This document shows positions 54,916 to 64,000 of a DNA stretch of 64,000 bases, piece by piece. The translations under genes and the position numbers were made by a program. Below the pieces are notes generated by a model that had not been told where the DNA came from, ran no database searches, and was given only the letters and a program-made list of their open reading frames with translations. Each line of letters starts with the position of its first letter. The first letter of the stretch is position 1. Source of the stretch: a virus; the UHGV virus genome UHGV-1366123; one strand, written 5' to 3'.

Positions 54916-55674
54916 ATGGGAAAAAGAAAGAAGATACAAGAAAAGTTCAAGAAACTGAGGAAGTCGGGGTGTCTTAAAGATATCGCATCGATCAGAAATA
55001 CAAACCCCGAAATGATGGGCAAAGGGGTGACTATCACAAACATGGCAGACACCTTCAACCTCTTCGATTTCAAGGCAGAAAACATCAACATTCATGCGGT
55101 GGCCAGATCACTGTCGAATCAATGCAGATACAATGGATCGACGAATGGGTTCTACTCTGTGGCTCAACATTGCGTTCGTATGGCAGAATCCGCTTTGCTT
55201 GCATATGGTGACGTTCGACTTGCTCTCGCAATTCTGCTCCACGACGCTACAGAGTGCTACGTTTCCGATATCCCTTACACGTTGAAGAGGGAACTTCCCG
55301 ATCATATCAAGCAGATCGAGAAGGATATCGAGAAGGTGATTTTCTCACACTTTGGTGTGGGTGAATACCTCGATTCAAAGCTTATGAAGTTCATCGACAC
55401 ACAAATCTGTAATGATGAACTCGAGTTCCTTCTTGGTCAGCAGATCGGCATTGACGAGTATCTCTCAGACAAACTCAGAGATCTCGACAATCGTGATTGG
55501 TCACGTGGTGGCATTTACCCATATCAAAAGCCAATCGTGTTCGAGTTCGACTATTGGTCTCCAGAGAAGGCATATGAACAATTCATCACACACTTCTATA
55601 AGTACACTTACCTCATCGAAAAGTATAAGGGAAAGGAAGTGTTGACGAAGTTTGGTGTTAACACAGAGAAATAA
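54916..55674 (+). CDS. HD-domain phosphohydrolase
   Basis: Metal-binding H ... HD ... D pattern (VAQHCV, LLHDATECYVSD). Confidence 0.7.
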   Translation: MGKRKKIQEKFKKLRKSGCLKDIASIRNTNPEMMGKGVTITNMADTFNLFDFKAENINIHAVARSLSNQCRYNGSTNGFYSVAQHCVRMAESALLAYGDVRLALAILLHDATECYVSDIPYTLKRELPDHIKQIEKDIEKVIFSHFGVGEYLDSKLMKFIDTQICNDELEFLLGQQIGIDEYLSDKLRDLDNRDWSRGGIYPYQKPIVFEFDYWSPEKAYEQFITHFYKYTYLIEKYKGKEVLTKFGVNTEK

Positions 55675-55689
55675 AAAACCTCCGCACTT

Positions 55690-56661
55690 ATGATAGATCA
55701 GTTATTCGTATCAAAGTTCTCTCCGAAGAAGCTATCCGCATTTGTTCTTCCACAGAGAATTAAGGACATGTTCAAAGATGAAGATGATCCACTCAGACAG
55801 TCTATGATCTTCTATGGTCTTCAAGGATGTGGGAAGTCAAGTCTTGCGAAATACCTCGGTAAGAAGTACGTTTTCTTGTACATCAATGCATCGACAAACG
55901 GAAGAATTGAAGATCTTCGAGACATGGTCACAGAATTCTGTGATTCTTCCCCACTTATCTGGGATGATGGGGTGAAATCTGATCGAAAGGTAGTCCTTTT
56001 TGATGAGATAAATGGCGCATCCGCACAATTCTTTGAAGGTCTCAAAGGGTTCATGGAAGAATACTCATCAGTTATCTTCCTTGCAACAACGAACCACTTC
56101 CACAAGATACCAGATCCGATCAAGTCAAGAATGGTTTCGGTCGACTTCACACCTCAGAACAAAGAAGAAGAAGAACAGATCTTGAAAGGATACAAATCAA
56201 GAATTGGGAAGATCCTCGAAGGTTGTGGGATCGAGTGCTCGGAAGAAGGATTCGAAATGCTGATGAAGAAGTATTACCCAGATTTTCGATCAACCTTGAA
56301 CTTCCTGCAGAGCGTCTACAACGGATCGAAGATAGTCGACAAGAACTCGATATCGTCCTATGGTGACAGATTCTCCGAAATCTACGACATGATTCTTGAC
56401 AAATCGGCAAATCCTGTCGACATTCATAAGCTCCTCGGTGGTGACTATTCATCAATGGCTTCCGAAATCATAGAATCGCTAGATACTGACTTCATCGAAT
56501 ACATGACTGGGAAACTCGGTTCTTCGATGACATCTGCAATTCCCACGATTTGTATTGTGGTCTGTGATCATCTTTACAAACTGCAAATGTCGGTCGATCC
56601 TATGATCGTCTTGAAGTCATGTGTATTCACGCTAAACAACTATTATAAATCCCTGAAATGA
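55690..56661 (+). CDS. clamp loader large subunit, T4 gp44-like AAA+ ATPase
   Basis: Walker A GLQGCGKSS, Walker B VVLFDEINGA, sensor-1 LATTN. PDFRSTLNFLQ matches the gp44 PDFRKTIGELD block. Confidence 0.8.
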   Translation: MIDQLFVSKFSPKKLSAFVLPQRIKDMFKDEDDPLRQSMIFYGLQGCGKSSLAKYLGKKYVFLYINASTNGRIEDLRDMVTEFCDSSPLIWDDGVKSDRKVVLFDEINGASAQFFEGLKGFMEEYSSVIFLATTNHFHKIPDPIKSRMVSVDFTPQNKEEEEQILKGYKSRIGKILEGCGIECSEEGFEMLMKKYYPDFRSTLNFLQSVYNGSKIVDKNSISSYGDRFSEIYDMILDKSANPVDIHKLLGGDYSSMASEIIESLDTDFIEYMTGKLGSSMTSAIPTICIVVCDHLYKLQMSVDPMIVLKSCVFTLNNYYKSLK

Positions 56662-56960
56662 AAGCCATGGATTCAATAAAAGTGAGACAATCACTTCTCA
56701 GTGTTTACAAGAAATACGGATTATCGTGTAAGTATGAAAGTTCATCAATATCTTCTGGGATTATGAAGATACACCAAGAGACCTGCCATAAGTTAGGAAG
56801 TGTCGTCACGAATATCACTTTCGACGACAAGTCCAACATCTGCACCATAACACATAACGATGGTGAGAAATGGTCTACGAAGTCATTCAGATTCACGTCA
56901 TCTGAAGAATTCTTGTCATTGTACGACAAAACGATCGATGAGCTTCTGAACAAAAAGTAG
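56658..56960 (+). CDS. hypothetical protein (sits where T4 has gp62, the clamp-loader small subunit, but no sequence support)
   Basis: 100-aa ORF overlapping the gp44-like stop. Confidence 0.4.
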   Translation: MKAMDSIKVRQSLLSVYKKYGLSCKYESSSISSGIMKIHQETCHKLGSVVTNITFDDKSNICTITHNDGEKWSTKSFRFTSSEEFLSLYDKTIDELLNKK

Positions 56961-57045
56961 GAAGACAAAAAAGAACGGTAGTTGGAAGATTGGTGATGAG
57001 CAATGCCTAAAAAACGTTGCTCATCATCTGTATTATAGAACTTAT

Positions 57046-57384
57046 GTGGAAACTAATAATAACAACAAATCAATCAGTCAAACACTTATGGACAAACAAG
57101 AACTCGAAAAGATCGTAAAACCACTCTGTTGGAGAAGCTATGACAACGGAAGAGTTATCACCGCAGAAACAGTCTTGAAGTACAATCTGAAACTTGAAAA
57201 GGTAGGTGAATGCTACTTGGTTCACAGAATATACTCGGATAATGACTGCTTAGAGTATAACAAACCAGTCACGCTTCAAACTGCAAAAGATATCGCATGG
57301 ACTGCTTATCTTCATACGATAGGTTGTATGATGGAAACTGTAACACAAGACGACAACGATAATGGCAAAGGCAAGAGTAAGTAA
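57046..57384 (+). CDS. hypothetical protein
   Basis: 112-aa ORF. Confidence 0.4.
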   Translation: METNNNNKSISQTLMDKQELEKIVKPLCWRSYDNGRVITAETVLKYNLKLEKVGECYLVHRIYSDNDCLEYNKPVTLQTAKDIAWTAYLHTIGCMMETVTQDDNDNGKGKSK

Positions 57385-57763
57385 AGGAGCGTTTTCTTTT
57401 ATCGATAAATTCCTCGATGATTGGCGCAAGGAAAAGGTAAGTGATGTCGATGAGGTCGTCGCATTTGTGAATGATTGTATTGACAAGCTACAGTCGTTGA
57501 CAAACTTTGAAGTGTACTCACGAGAAACAAAAGTGTCTGATGGAACGTTCAATATAAGTTGCGAAATGGAGGGAGACGAATACGGATTCGTGAGAGTTTA
57601 TGCAACGCTGTTCGACGATCATAGTTACTACGCATCTTTGACTTATATCGACAACGACACCCACGAGATTATCGATGGTCAGATATCAGTAAAGAAGAAG
57701 ACGACAATGATCCAGAAGATGCAAGAGTTCGTGGAAAGTGTAGAACGTAAAATCGGGAAGTAG
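57362..57763 (+). CDS. hypothetical protein
   Basis: 133-aa ORF. Confidence 0.4.
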   Translation: MAKARVSKGAFSFIDKFLDDWRKEKVSDVDEVVAFVNDCIDKLQSLTNFEVYSRETKVSDGTFNISCEMEGDEYGFVRVYATLFDDHSYYASLTYIDNDTHEIIDGQISVKKKTTMIQKMQEFVESVERKIGK

Positions 57764-57766
57764 TTT

Positions 57767-58207
57767 ATGGGATTTTTAAAGGCATTGAAGGATTTCGTGA
57801 ACAAGAGAGGTGTTGTGAACACGAAAAGATCGTATGTTCACACAGATGATCTTCGTCTCAATCCTTCTTCTGAGCACCAAATATCAGAGGTCACAAAGTA
57901 TGACATTGTACCTCATAACATGGTCGTGATAGCCACTCATGGAACTGGCTACTTTGTACGTAGTGAAGATTGTCACACATACAAGGAAACAAACACGACG
58001 TGCTATGACTTCATACTTGAGAATCAATATGATGGATCGTTTGTGGATATCGTCATAAACTACGAAAGTGATGGAAATGGAGAAGGGAAGATCTGTAACA
58101 TTTCCATGGCGTACGAATATGAAAACGACTCATCAATCGAAAACGTATCGAAAGATGAAGCGATAAAGTTTATGGCTTCATTCCTACAAAGAACTCTGCT
58201 ATTATGA
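57767..58207 (+). CDS. hypothetical protein
   Basis: 146-aa ORF. Confidence 0.4.
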   Translation: MGFLKALKDFVNKRGVVNTKRSYVHTDDLRLNPSSEHQISEVTKYDIVPHNMVVIATHGTGYFVRSEDCHTYKETNTTCYDFILENQYDGSFVDIVINYESDGNGEGKICNISMAYEYENDSSIENVSKDEAIKFMASFLQRTLLL

Positions 58208-58299
58208 CAGAGTATGACACGAACGGATATGACAGACATATGACAAAGATGACAGACGTATGACAAAGATGACAGACGTATGACAATTTTGTCATGACA
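58204..58299. repeat. nine phased copies of ATGACA (period 9-11 bp), including 20-bp unit GATGACAGACGTATGACAAA x2, ending in palindrome TTGTCATGACAA
   Basis: Read directly. ATGACA starts at 58204, 58214, 58229, 58240, 58249, 58260, 58269, 58280 and 58294. Confidence 0.55.
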
Positions 58300-58387
58300 A
58301 CGATAATTTGGCACGATTTTTGTTATAATTATTATGAAAGATCGATCACTCGGATCAATCAACTTCAACCCAACATAAACAACAACA

Positions 58388-59068
58388 ATGACTATGACAA
58401 CAACGGCAACCATACAAGACAAACTCGACAAGAACGTAGAGTTTGTTTGTTCATTGTACAAGGCACGATTCGAAAAGTCGAAGGCTGTACAAGACGAATC
58501 GTTATACCACGTAACGTACACGATCACCTGTGAAGATTCCCACACTATCATCTTCCACGCAAACCTCTTTCCGAAAATGTTCGGGATGGTCATCAATGAT
58601 CTACTGAATAATAATGAATCTTCAATGATCGTGGAGACACTTGAAAACGAAGATGACTACGCAGAAAAAGTCGTGTCGACGCTTTCGGGTCTCATGTCTT
58701 ACAAGAAATCAGAAGATGAAGAGGATCATTCTTCTGCAGACATGTACGACCTCGTAGGTTTTGCGGTTGGTGCAACAAAGAACGCCACGTGGGAACACAA
58801 ATACGGAAAAGACGATATCAAGAAAACCTCATATGATCACTTCATCATCAATATCAACTATGAGGTGACAATGACTATCACACTTGAATATTGGGCAGAT
58901 GGTCGTCCGTACGTTTCCGAAGTCGATATCCTCACGTTCACCGTACGTACTCTCAGTGGGACTTATGAGAAGAAGACACTCAACACTACGATATCGGACG
59001 CTATGCTTGAATCTGTCGATTTCATCAATCTTGCCAACAGGTTCTCGGGTGGTAGAATGATAAAATAG
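58388..59068 (+). CDS. hypothetical protein
   Basis: 226-aa ORF followed by a strong terminator. Confidence 0.5.
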   Translation: MTMTTTATIQDKLDKNVEFVCSLYKARFEKSKAVQDESLYHVTYTITCEDSHTIIFHANLFPKMFGMVINDLLNNNESSMIVETLENEDDYAEKVVSTLSGLMSYKKSEDEEDHSSADMYDLVGFAVGATKNATWEHKYGKDDIKKTSYDHFIININYEVTMTITLEYWADGRPYVSEVDILTFTVRTLSGTYEKKTLNTTISDAMLESVDFINLANRFSGGRMIK

Positions 59069-59121
59069 AAACCTCCGTCTCCGTCGAGATCGACATTGAC
59101 GTTTTTAAATAACACAAGCAA

Positions 59122-59165
59122 GTGAAACCTCGTGATAACAATTATCACGAGGTTTCACTTTTTTC
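59122..59165. terminator. 17-bp perfect stem GTGAAACCTCGTGATAA / TTATCACGAGGTTTCAC plus a T-run (canonical intrinsic terminator)
   Basis: Read directly. TTTTTT follows the stem. Confidence 0.75.
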
Positions 59166-59225
59166 GAAAATATCAATATCAATATCGATCATCGATCATA
59201 ATCATCATTATCAACATCCATCAAT

Positions 59226-59858
59226 ATGTTAGAGGTAGATTTAGCAAAGCTGGTAGTCTCTCATTTCTCCAAAGACTGTGAAGTGTATCAAGAAGTGAAA
59301 GCTTGTTCTTCACGTGTCATTGATATCGTGGTTCGTAGGAAATCGGGACTTATGGCAATAGAAACCAAAGTGACGTTGAATATGAAACTTTGGGAACAGG
59401 CATTCAAGAACAAGAAGTGGTGTAATTACTCTTTCATCGCAATTCCCGAGAACATCTATAGGAAATCTCGACGAAAGATGATCTCTGGTATATGCAGAGG
59501 TCTGAACATTGGTATCATTGTTGTAGATTTTGATGGAAATGTAAGCATTCAGTACAACCCTGCAGAAGAAATCCCCACACAAACCTTAAAGCTGTACGAC
59601 GAACAGAAGTCGTTCGCTCTTGCAGGAAGTGGCGGTGTTCCATACTTTACACCATTTAAGAAGACCGTCTCCGAGATCAAGAAGTATCTCGAAAAGCATG
59701 GGAAGTCAGAACTGGTAACCGTGATCAAGTCTATTGATCATCACTACAAAACAGAGCAATCTGCAATACAGTCGATTCGAAATTATGCTTCCAAAGGTGT
59801 TTTAAAAGGTATTGTCTCGTCGGAAGACGGTAGGTATTTAGAGCTTTCCCAACCTTAA
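59226..59858 (+). CDS. PD-(D/E)xK nuclease, Hjc-like (possible Holliday-junction resolvase/endonuclease)
   Basis: N-terminal VIDIVVRRKSGLMAIETKV matches the D ... (D/E)xK core with Hjc-like spacing. Confidence 0.45.
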   Translation: MLEVDLAKLVVSHFSKDCEVYQEVKACSSRVIDIVVRRKSGLMAIETKVTLNMKLWEQAFKNKKWCNYSFIAIPENIYRKSRRKMISGICRGLNIGIIVVDFDGNVSIQYNPAEEIPTQTLKLYDEQKSFALAGSGGVPYFTPFKKTVSEIKKYLEKHGKSELVTVIKSIDHHYKTEQSAIQSIRNYASKGVLKGIVSSEDGRYLELSQP

Positions 59859-59888
59859 ATAAGCAAACAATTCAAGAAAGACTATCCA

Positions 59889-61844
59889 ATGAGTAACAAT
59901 AAAAATGTTGTAATCTTTGAGAACCATAGCGTTCCAATGAATCGTGTAAATGAATCGTTGGAAACCGCAAATGGGGTCAAAGATTACGTCTTTGAGGGTG
60001 TCTGTGCTACCTTTAATGGGAAAAACGAAAACGCAAGATTCTACGATAGAGACGAGTATCTTCGTCATGTTGAATACCTTCAGAAGGAAATAGAACAGAA
60101 CTCTCTGGCAGGATCTCTTGATCACCCAGATGGTGATGAAGAGGACGAAACGAAGGACATCTTCACCCCTAAAATGAAGGATCTGTCCCACCTCATCACA
60201 AAGCTTTGGTACAAGCCAGAGACTGATGAAGTCTGGATCAGAATCAAGCTTCTTGATACTGAATGGGGTAAGGATGCTAAGGCTTGTGTTGATGCTGGTA
60301 TGCCACTGTTCATTAGCTCAAGATCATCTGGTTTCATTGACAAAGATGGGCGAGTATGGCTTGCACAAATTCACACATACGATATCGTCTACAGACCTGG
60401 GTTTGGTAACGCTAAACTTTCTCCAGTCCTCGAATCATTCGATGGAAAGAGCACATATCTCAGCGTCTACTCACGCCAGAAGGAAGTAGACAGCACTGAA
60501 TCTGAAAATACTAATATGGAAAAAAAGACTTATAAACTAAGCGAACTCACAAAGGAAGATGTTCTCTCGCTTCTGTTCAATCCTTCGGTGAAGGGAGCTT
60601 ATGATTTCACGAGTGATGTGATCGAAAAACTCGACGAATTCTTCGATTATCCAAAGTTTATCGATTACTTCAATGAAAACGATCCAATGCTTTCTGACGC
60701 AATCGTGAACTACTTCATGGATTGTGGAAGATACGTTTATGATGATGGTACTTCTTGTGAAAATATCGCCGACTTCATAAAGATCGAAGTTGGTCGTGCA
60801 TGTGACGACTATTTCGCAGAAATCAAGCAGACGTTCAAGGACAACTTCGGGGATTTTGTTGAAGAAGGTGATGGAAAGGTAGACATCGATCGTTATGCTC
60901 GCATCATCGAAGAAAGCAAGAAATCAAAGAGAAATGTTCTGCGCAAGATCCAGTCGGTGAACGAATGCGAATCTGTGAAGTTGGTAGTTTCTGATTTCTG
61001 CAATGATCCTTCTTACGGATATGAAGATAAGTTCGAAGTCGCCAGAGAGTTCTTCGTCAAGTATCCCGAATATGGCGTAGTTGTCGATGATTGTTCTATG
61101 GAAGATGTTGTTCTTATCGCTTGTGATATGAAGAACGACTGCATCTATGACGAGATCGAGAACTCTGAAGTCAGAACCAAGAACGAAATCGCAGATGTCA
61201 AGCGTATTGTCAACAAGCTTTATGCTCAGATCAACCAAGACAGAGCAGAATATAAGCAGACGATAAACTCACTCGTTCGAAATGTAAACCAAGTCCTCGA
61301 AGAGTACAAGGCAGATATCGAAAGTGCATTCATCACGATTGATGAAATCCGTGACGATGTTTACAACATAATCTCATGGATCGAATCAAACAACAGTGCA
61401 CTTGACAAGTCAGAGGAAGTTGCACAGATCTCCAAGAAGCTGGATGATGCTACCCAGAGCTTTAGTCAGAAGATTGGTGAAATCGAAGCATCACAGGATG
61501 CGGTAATGTCTCACGTAGACAATATCGAAAGTGATGTTTCCCTTATTGCCGAATCTGCAAACAGAACGAAGCAGATGGTGAAGGAATCTGCAACGGCACG
61601 AAAGATTGAAGATGCGACAAGCATTGGTTCAAGAATCAACAACGTCATCGAGACGATCAAGGCACAAACACCCGCTTTCCGTGTGTTTGAATCTGACGGT
61701 TCTCTCTACGTTCCTAACAGATTTGCAAAGAGTTATAACTCGCTCGACGAAGACCAGAAGACTTTCGTCAAGTCTGTTTTTGAAACAAAGAATCCGAGAT
61801 CTAAATCGGAATTCTTCTCCATTTGGGATTCTCTCGGTCTTTAA
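59889..61844 (+). CDS. prohead core protease (T4 gp21-like N-domain) fused to a long acidic coiled-coil scaffold-like region
   Basis: The N-terminal roughly 190 aa resemble gp21 (FEGVCATFNGKNENARFY ... GSLDHPDGD, versus gp21 GYFATFGNVNRNGYKF ... LAHHDDYRD). The remainder is Glu/Asp/Lys-rich helical sequence. CTTAAATAAGC motif upstream. Confidence 0.6.
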   Translation: MSNNKNVVIFENHSVPMNRVNESLETANGVKDYVFEGVCATFNGKNENARFYDRDEYLRHVEYLQKEIEQNSLAGSLDHPDGDEEDETKDIFTPKMKDLSHLITKLWYKPETDEVWIRIKLLDTEWGKDAKACVDAGMPLFISSRSSGFIDKDGRVWLAQIHTYDIVYRPGFGNAKLSPVLESFDGKSTYLSVYSRQKEVDSTESENTNMEKKTYKLSELTKEDVLSLLFNPSVKGAYDFTSDVIEKLDEFFDYPKFIDYFNENDPMLSDAIVNYFMDCGRYVYDDGTSCENIADFIKIEVGRACDDYFAEIKQTFKDNFGDFVEEGDGKVDIDRYARIIEESKKSKRNVLRKIQSVNECESVKLVVSDFCNDPSYGYEDKFEVAREFFVKYPEYGVVVDDCSMEDVVLIACDMKNDCIYDEIENSEVRTKNEIADVKRIVNKLYAQINQDRAEYKQTINSLVRNVNQVLEEYKADIESAFITIDEIRDDVYNIISWIESNNSALDKSEEVAQISKKLDDATQSFSQKIGEIEASQDAVMSHVDNIESDVSLIAESANRTKQMVKESATARKIEDATSIGSRINNVIETIKAQTPAFRVFESDGSLYVPNRFAKSYNSLDEDQKTFVKSVFETKNPRSKSEFFSIWDSLGL

Positions 61845-61855
61845 TGACCGAGAGA
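61830..61855. terminator. stem TCTCTCGGTC / GACCGAGAGA overlapping the protease/scaffold stop
   Basis: Read directly. Confidence 0.45.
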
Positions 61856-61903
61856 AATCTCTCCTAAATAACGAAATCAAAATTATAACAAAAGAAGATT
61901 TAT

Positions 61904-63526
61904 ATGACTAAGATAAATGAAGGTCTTCTCAACAGAGTGGTCAATGAACACTCTTCTAAGTTGAGAAAGCTGTTTAAGGACAGAGGTTATTCTGTCAATG
62001 AGTCTCGACTTCGTGATATCGCCCTCATGGCTCACACCAGAAAGATTTACGAAAGTGCTTCTAATGGTGCTAATGTCCCAGGTCGTGGTGCATTCTCATT
62101 CGGATCGGCTACTGAGCGTGGTTCTGCAGAAATGTTCGACAGACTCTTCACGGTGTTCGTAGACACTGCAGCTACTAACGTTGGTTTCGACCTCCTGCAC
62201 GTAGCTCCTATGACGAAGAGCAACATCACGATGGTTGTCGCAGAACCAGTTTATGCTGGTGGTAAGAAGGAATCTGCAAATGGTAATCACCTGCAGGTCT
62301 TCCAGATCAAGGCAAAGACCACGACGAGTGCTGATCCTCTGAAGGTAGGTACGAAGTACGAAATCAAGGAAACTGGTGGTGCAACGAAGGTTGCTGAAGC
62401 CAAGTTCATCGGCATCCATCAGTACAATGGTAACTTCATCTTCGATCTCGTAAGTGTTGAAGCCACTCATAAGGACAAGGTTCTTGCAGAAATCCTCGAA
62501 AACGCAGAAATCACCTCGGGTAGCGGTAAGTGGGTTCTCAGTGGTAACACTGTAGACTACGTAAACGGCTTCACGAACTTCATCGCTGGTTTCTCGGGTT
62601 CTGGTCTTCAGAACAACGATCCTTTCCACGTTGGTCGTAACAACGGTAAGACGCTGTTCAAGCCAATGTCACGTGAAGTTGGTGAAACGCAGGGTGCACG
62701 TACTCTTGGTACGAAGATGTGGAACAGAACGTTCTCTGCAGAAACCTTCCACGTTGACCTCTCTCTGACGACGGAGCAGATTCAGGATGCTCGCATGGAT
62801 CACGACTTCGACATGCTTGAATTCTCTGAAGAAATCATGAAGAATGACCTCGATCAGTCTATCAATGATCACATTCTTTCTATGATCTTCGCTTCGGGTT
62901 GGGATCATCACGTTGCTATCAACAAGCTCTCCAACATCAACCTCAACGCAAACTTCGGTACTGGTACTGGTGCAACGCAGGAATTTGTTGGTCTTGATGG
63001 TGAACTCAAGCAGATCTCTGGTGCAACCTCTGTTCTCCCTGCTGTTGGTGCAATCGCAGAAAACCTTTCCACCCTGCAGAAGAGAATCATCACGAGAATG
63101 TTCTTCGCTTCTACGATCATCAAGAATCGTGGTCGTGTAGGTGCAGGTAACACCGCTGTTGTCAATGGTACGAACTCTACGGCTATCCGTGACGTTCGTG
63201 GTTTTGCTATCGCCCCATTTGAAAACACGCTTCAGACGCAGTCATCCCTCGCCCACCTCGGTCAGTTCTACGGAATTGATGTCTTCGAAGATGGTCTGAT
63301 GGATCTGAACGACTGCCGTGTGGCTGTCTTCAACAAGGGTGGTGAAAAGACCCCAGGTCTCGCATTCTGCCCATACATCCTCGGTGAAAAGGTTGAAACC
63401 GTCGCTGAAGGTACGATGGAGAAGAAGTTCAGACTTAAGTCTCGCTACGTTATCGCTGAACGTGGTTCTCATCCAGAAGCTCAGTACATGACGTTCGTAG
63501 TAGAAGGTAGCGACAAGCTCGTCTAA
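61904..63526 (+). CDS. major capsid protein, T4 gp23-like
   Basis: 540 aa. Collinear blocks with gp23 in the central and C-terminal regions (FYGIDVFEDGLMDL ... GLAFCPYI versus gp23 YRVYIDQYAKQDYF ... GIYYAPYV). CCTAAATAACG motif 30 nt upstream. Confidence 0.8.
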   Translation: MTKINEGLLNRVVNEHSSKLRKLFKDRGYSVNESRLRDIALMAHTRKIYESASNGANVPGRGAFSFGSATERGSAEMFDRLFTVFVDTAATNVGFDLLHVAPMTKSNITMVVAEPVYAGGKKESANGNHLQVFQIKAKTTTSADPLKVGTKYEIKETGGATKVAEAKFIGIHQYNGNFIFDLVSVEATHKDKVLAEILENAEITSGSGKWVLSGNTVDYVNGFTNFIAGFSGSGLQNNDPFHVGRNNGKTLFKPMSREVGETQGARTLGTKMWNRTFSAETFHVDLSLTTEQIQDARMDHDFDMLEFSEEIMKNDLDQSINDHILSMIFASGWDHHVAINKLSNINLNANFGTGTGATQEFVGLDGELKQISGATSVLPAVGAIAENLSTLQKRIITRMFFASTIIKNRGRVGAGNTAVVNGTNSTAIRDVRGFAIAPFENTLQTQSSLAHLGQFYGIDVFEDGLMDLNDCRVAVFNKGGEKTPGLAFCPYILGEKVETVAEGTMEKKFRLKSRYVIAERGSHPEAQYMTFVVEGSDKLV

Positions 63527-63554
63527 ACGAAGCCACGAAAATACACTCTCCTTT

Positions 63555-63599
63555 TTTGAGGGGCTGATGAACCATCTTGAGGTTTGTCAGCCCCTCAAA
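63555..63599. terminator. 13-bp stem TTTGAGGGGCTGA / TCAGCCCCTCAAA after the MCP gene
   Basis: Read directly. Confidence 0.6.
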
Positions 63600-63657
63600 G
63601 TGTTTCTAAAATATAAGAAACGTGGAGAAAAATGGTAACATCCATTTATGAATTAAT

Positions 63658-64000
63658 ATGGCAAAAACTATCTTTAACGGAAACGCAAAGAGTTTTTCAG
63701 AGATCAACCAATTCATAGGAAACTTTGATAAATCTGGTGGTCTGCTCTCTGAACACACAACAGCAGAAATCCGAGAATGGGTTCACACAGGTTCTTATGT
63801 CCTCAACGCCTGCATATCGGGATCAATCCTCAAAGGTGTACCTTCTGGCAGAATCATCACAATATCTGGTGATCCAAAGACTGGGAAATCCTTCGTTCTT
63901 CTGTCATGTATGGCACAGTTACAAAAGAAGGGTTATTTCTGCATCTACTTCGACACCGAGAACGCCACAAGCTATGACAGATTCATAGCACAAGGTGTTG
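63658..64000 (+). CDS. uvsX: RecA-family recombinase, T4 UvsX-like (3' partial; continues beyond the window)
   Basis: ISGSILKGVPSGRIITISGDPKTGKSFVLLSCMAQ matches the UvsX LSGEITGGMQSGLLILAGPSKSFKSNFGLTMVSS Walker-A region. No stop before the window end. Confidence 0.7.
   Translation, partial: MAKTIFNGNAKSFSEINQFIGNFDKSGGLLSEHTTAEIREWVHTGSYVLNACISGSILKGVPSGRIITISGDPKTGKSFVLLSCMAQLQKKGYFCIYFDTENATSYDRFIAQGV

Noticed and set aside
1-64000. Prophage/integration signatures (integrase, att repeats, transposase)
   Set aside because: No tyrosine/serine recombinase motifs or IS-like ORFs seen. Gene content is that of a lytic T4-like phage.

Overview
The window reads as a contiguous 64 kb stretch of a large, AT-rich, T4-like myophage genome with roughly 90% coding density. 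Nearly all genes are on the + strand, and most lack Shine-Dalgarno sequences, having CA/A-rich leaders instead. T4-type genes recognised from motifs: major capsid protein gp23-like; a prohead protease/scaffold fusion; a TerL closely resembling T4 gp17; a UvsX recombinase (3' partial at the window edge); gp32 SSB; gp61 primase; a Dda-like helicase; gp44 clamp loader; a gp6-like baseplate protein; thymidylate synthase; DHFR; a class II RNR; GroEL with GroES; and HU. Main hunt results follow. (1) A nucleotide-metabolism cluster of a PurA-like adenylosuccinate synthetase with a non-canonical P-loop (GSSGKGK), PurB, a MazG-like pyrophosphatase, guanylate kinase and an HD hydrolase. This is the gene set of the 2-aminoadenine (Z-base) pathway, so the phage may carry Z-substituted DNA. 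(2) A head-to-tail array of 11 diverged paralogous small, very acidic proteins (42.1-47.0 kb) with internal terminator/promoter modules. (3) The TerL ATPase ORF opens with the C-terminal part of a Hint/intein domain, but the Walker-A N-extein is absent from the window, suggesting a split (trans-splicing) intein. The TerL nuclease domain is a separate ORF after a 52-nt stop-containing gap. (4) The family-B DNA polymerase is split into an N-fragment (exo plus motif A, 35.4 kb) and a C-fragment (motifs B/C, 11.0 kb) about 23 kb apart. (5) Three tandem paralogs fuse a DHFR-like N-domain to a beta-barrel dUTPase-like C-domain. (6) A dispersed family of promoter-bearing stem-loop cassettes, plus a 1.3 kb non-coding hub packed with 'AAAGACAATG' minigene-like iterons. 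No rRNA, tRNA, CRISPR or transposase was recognised.
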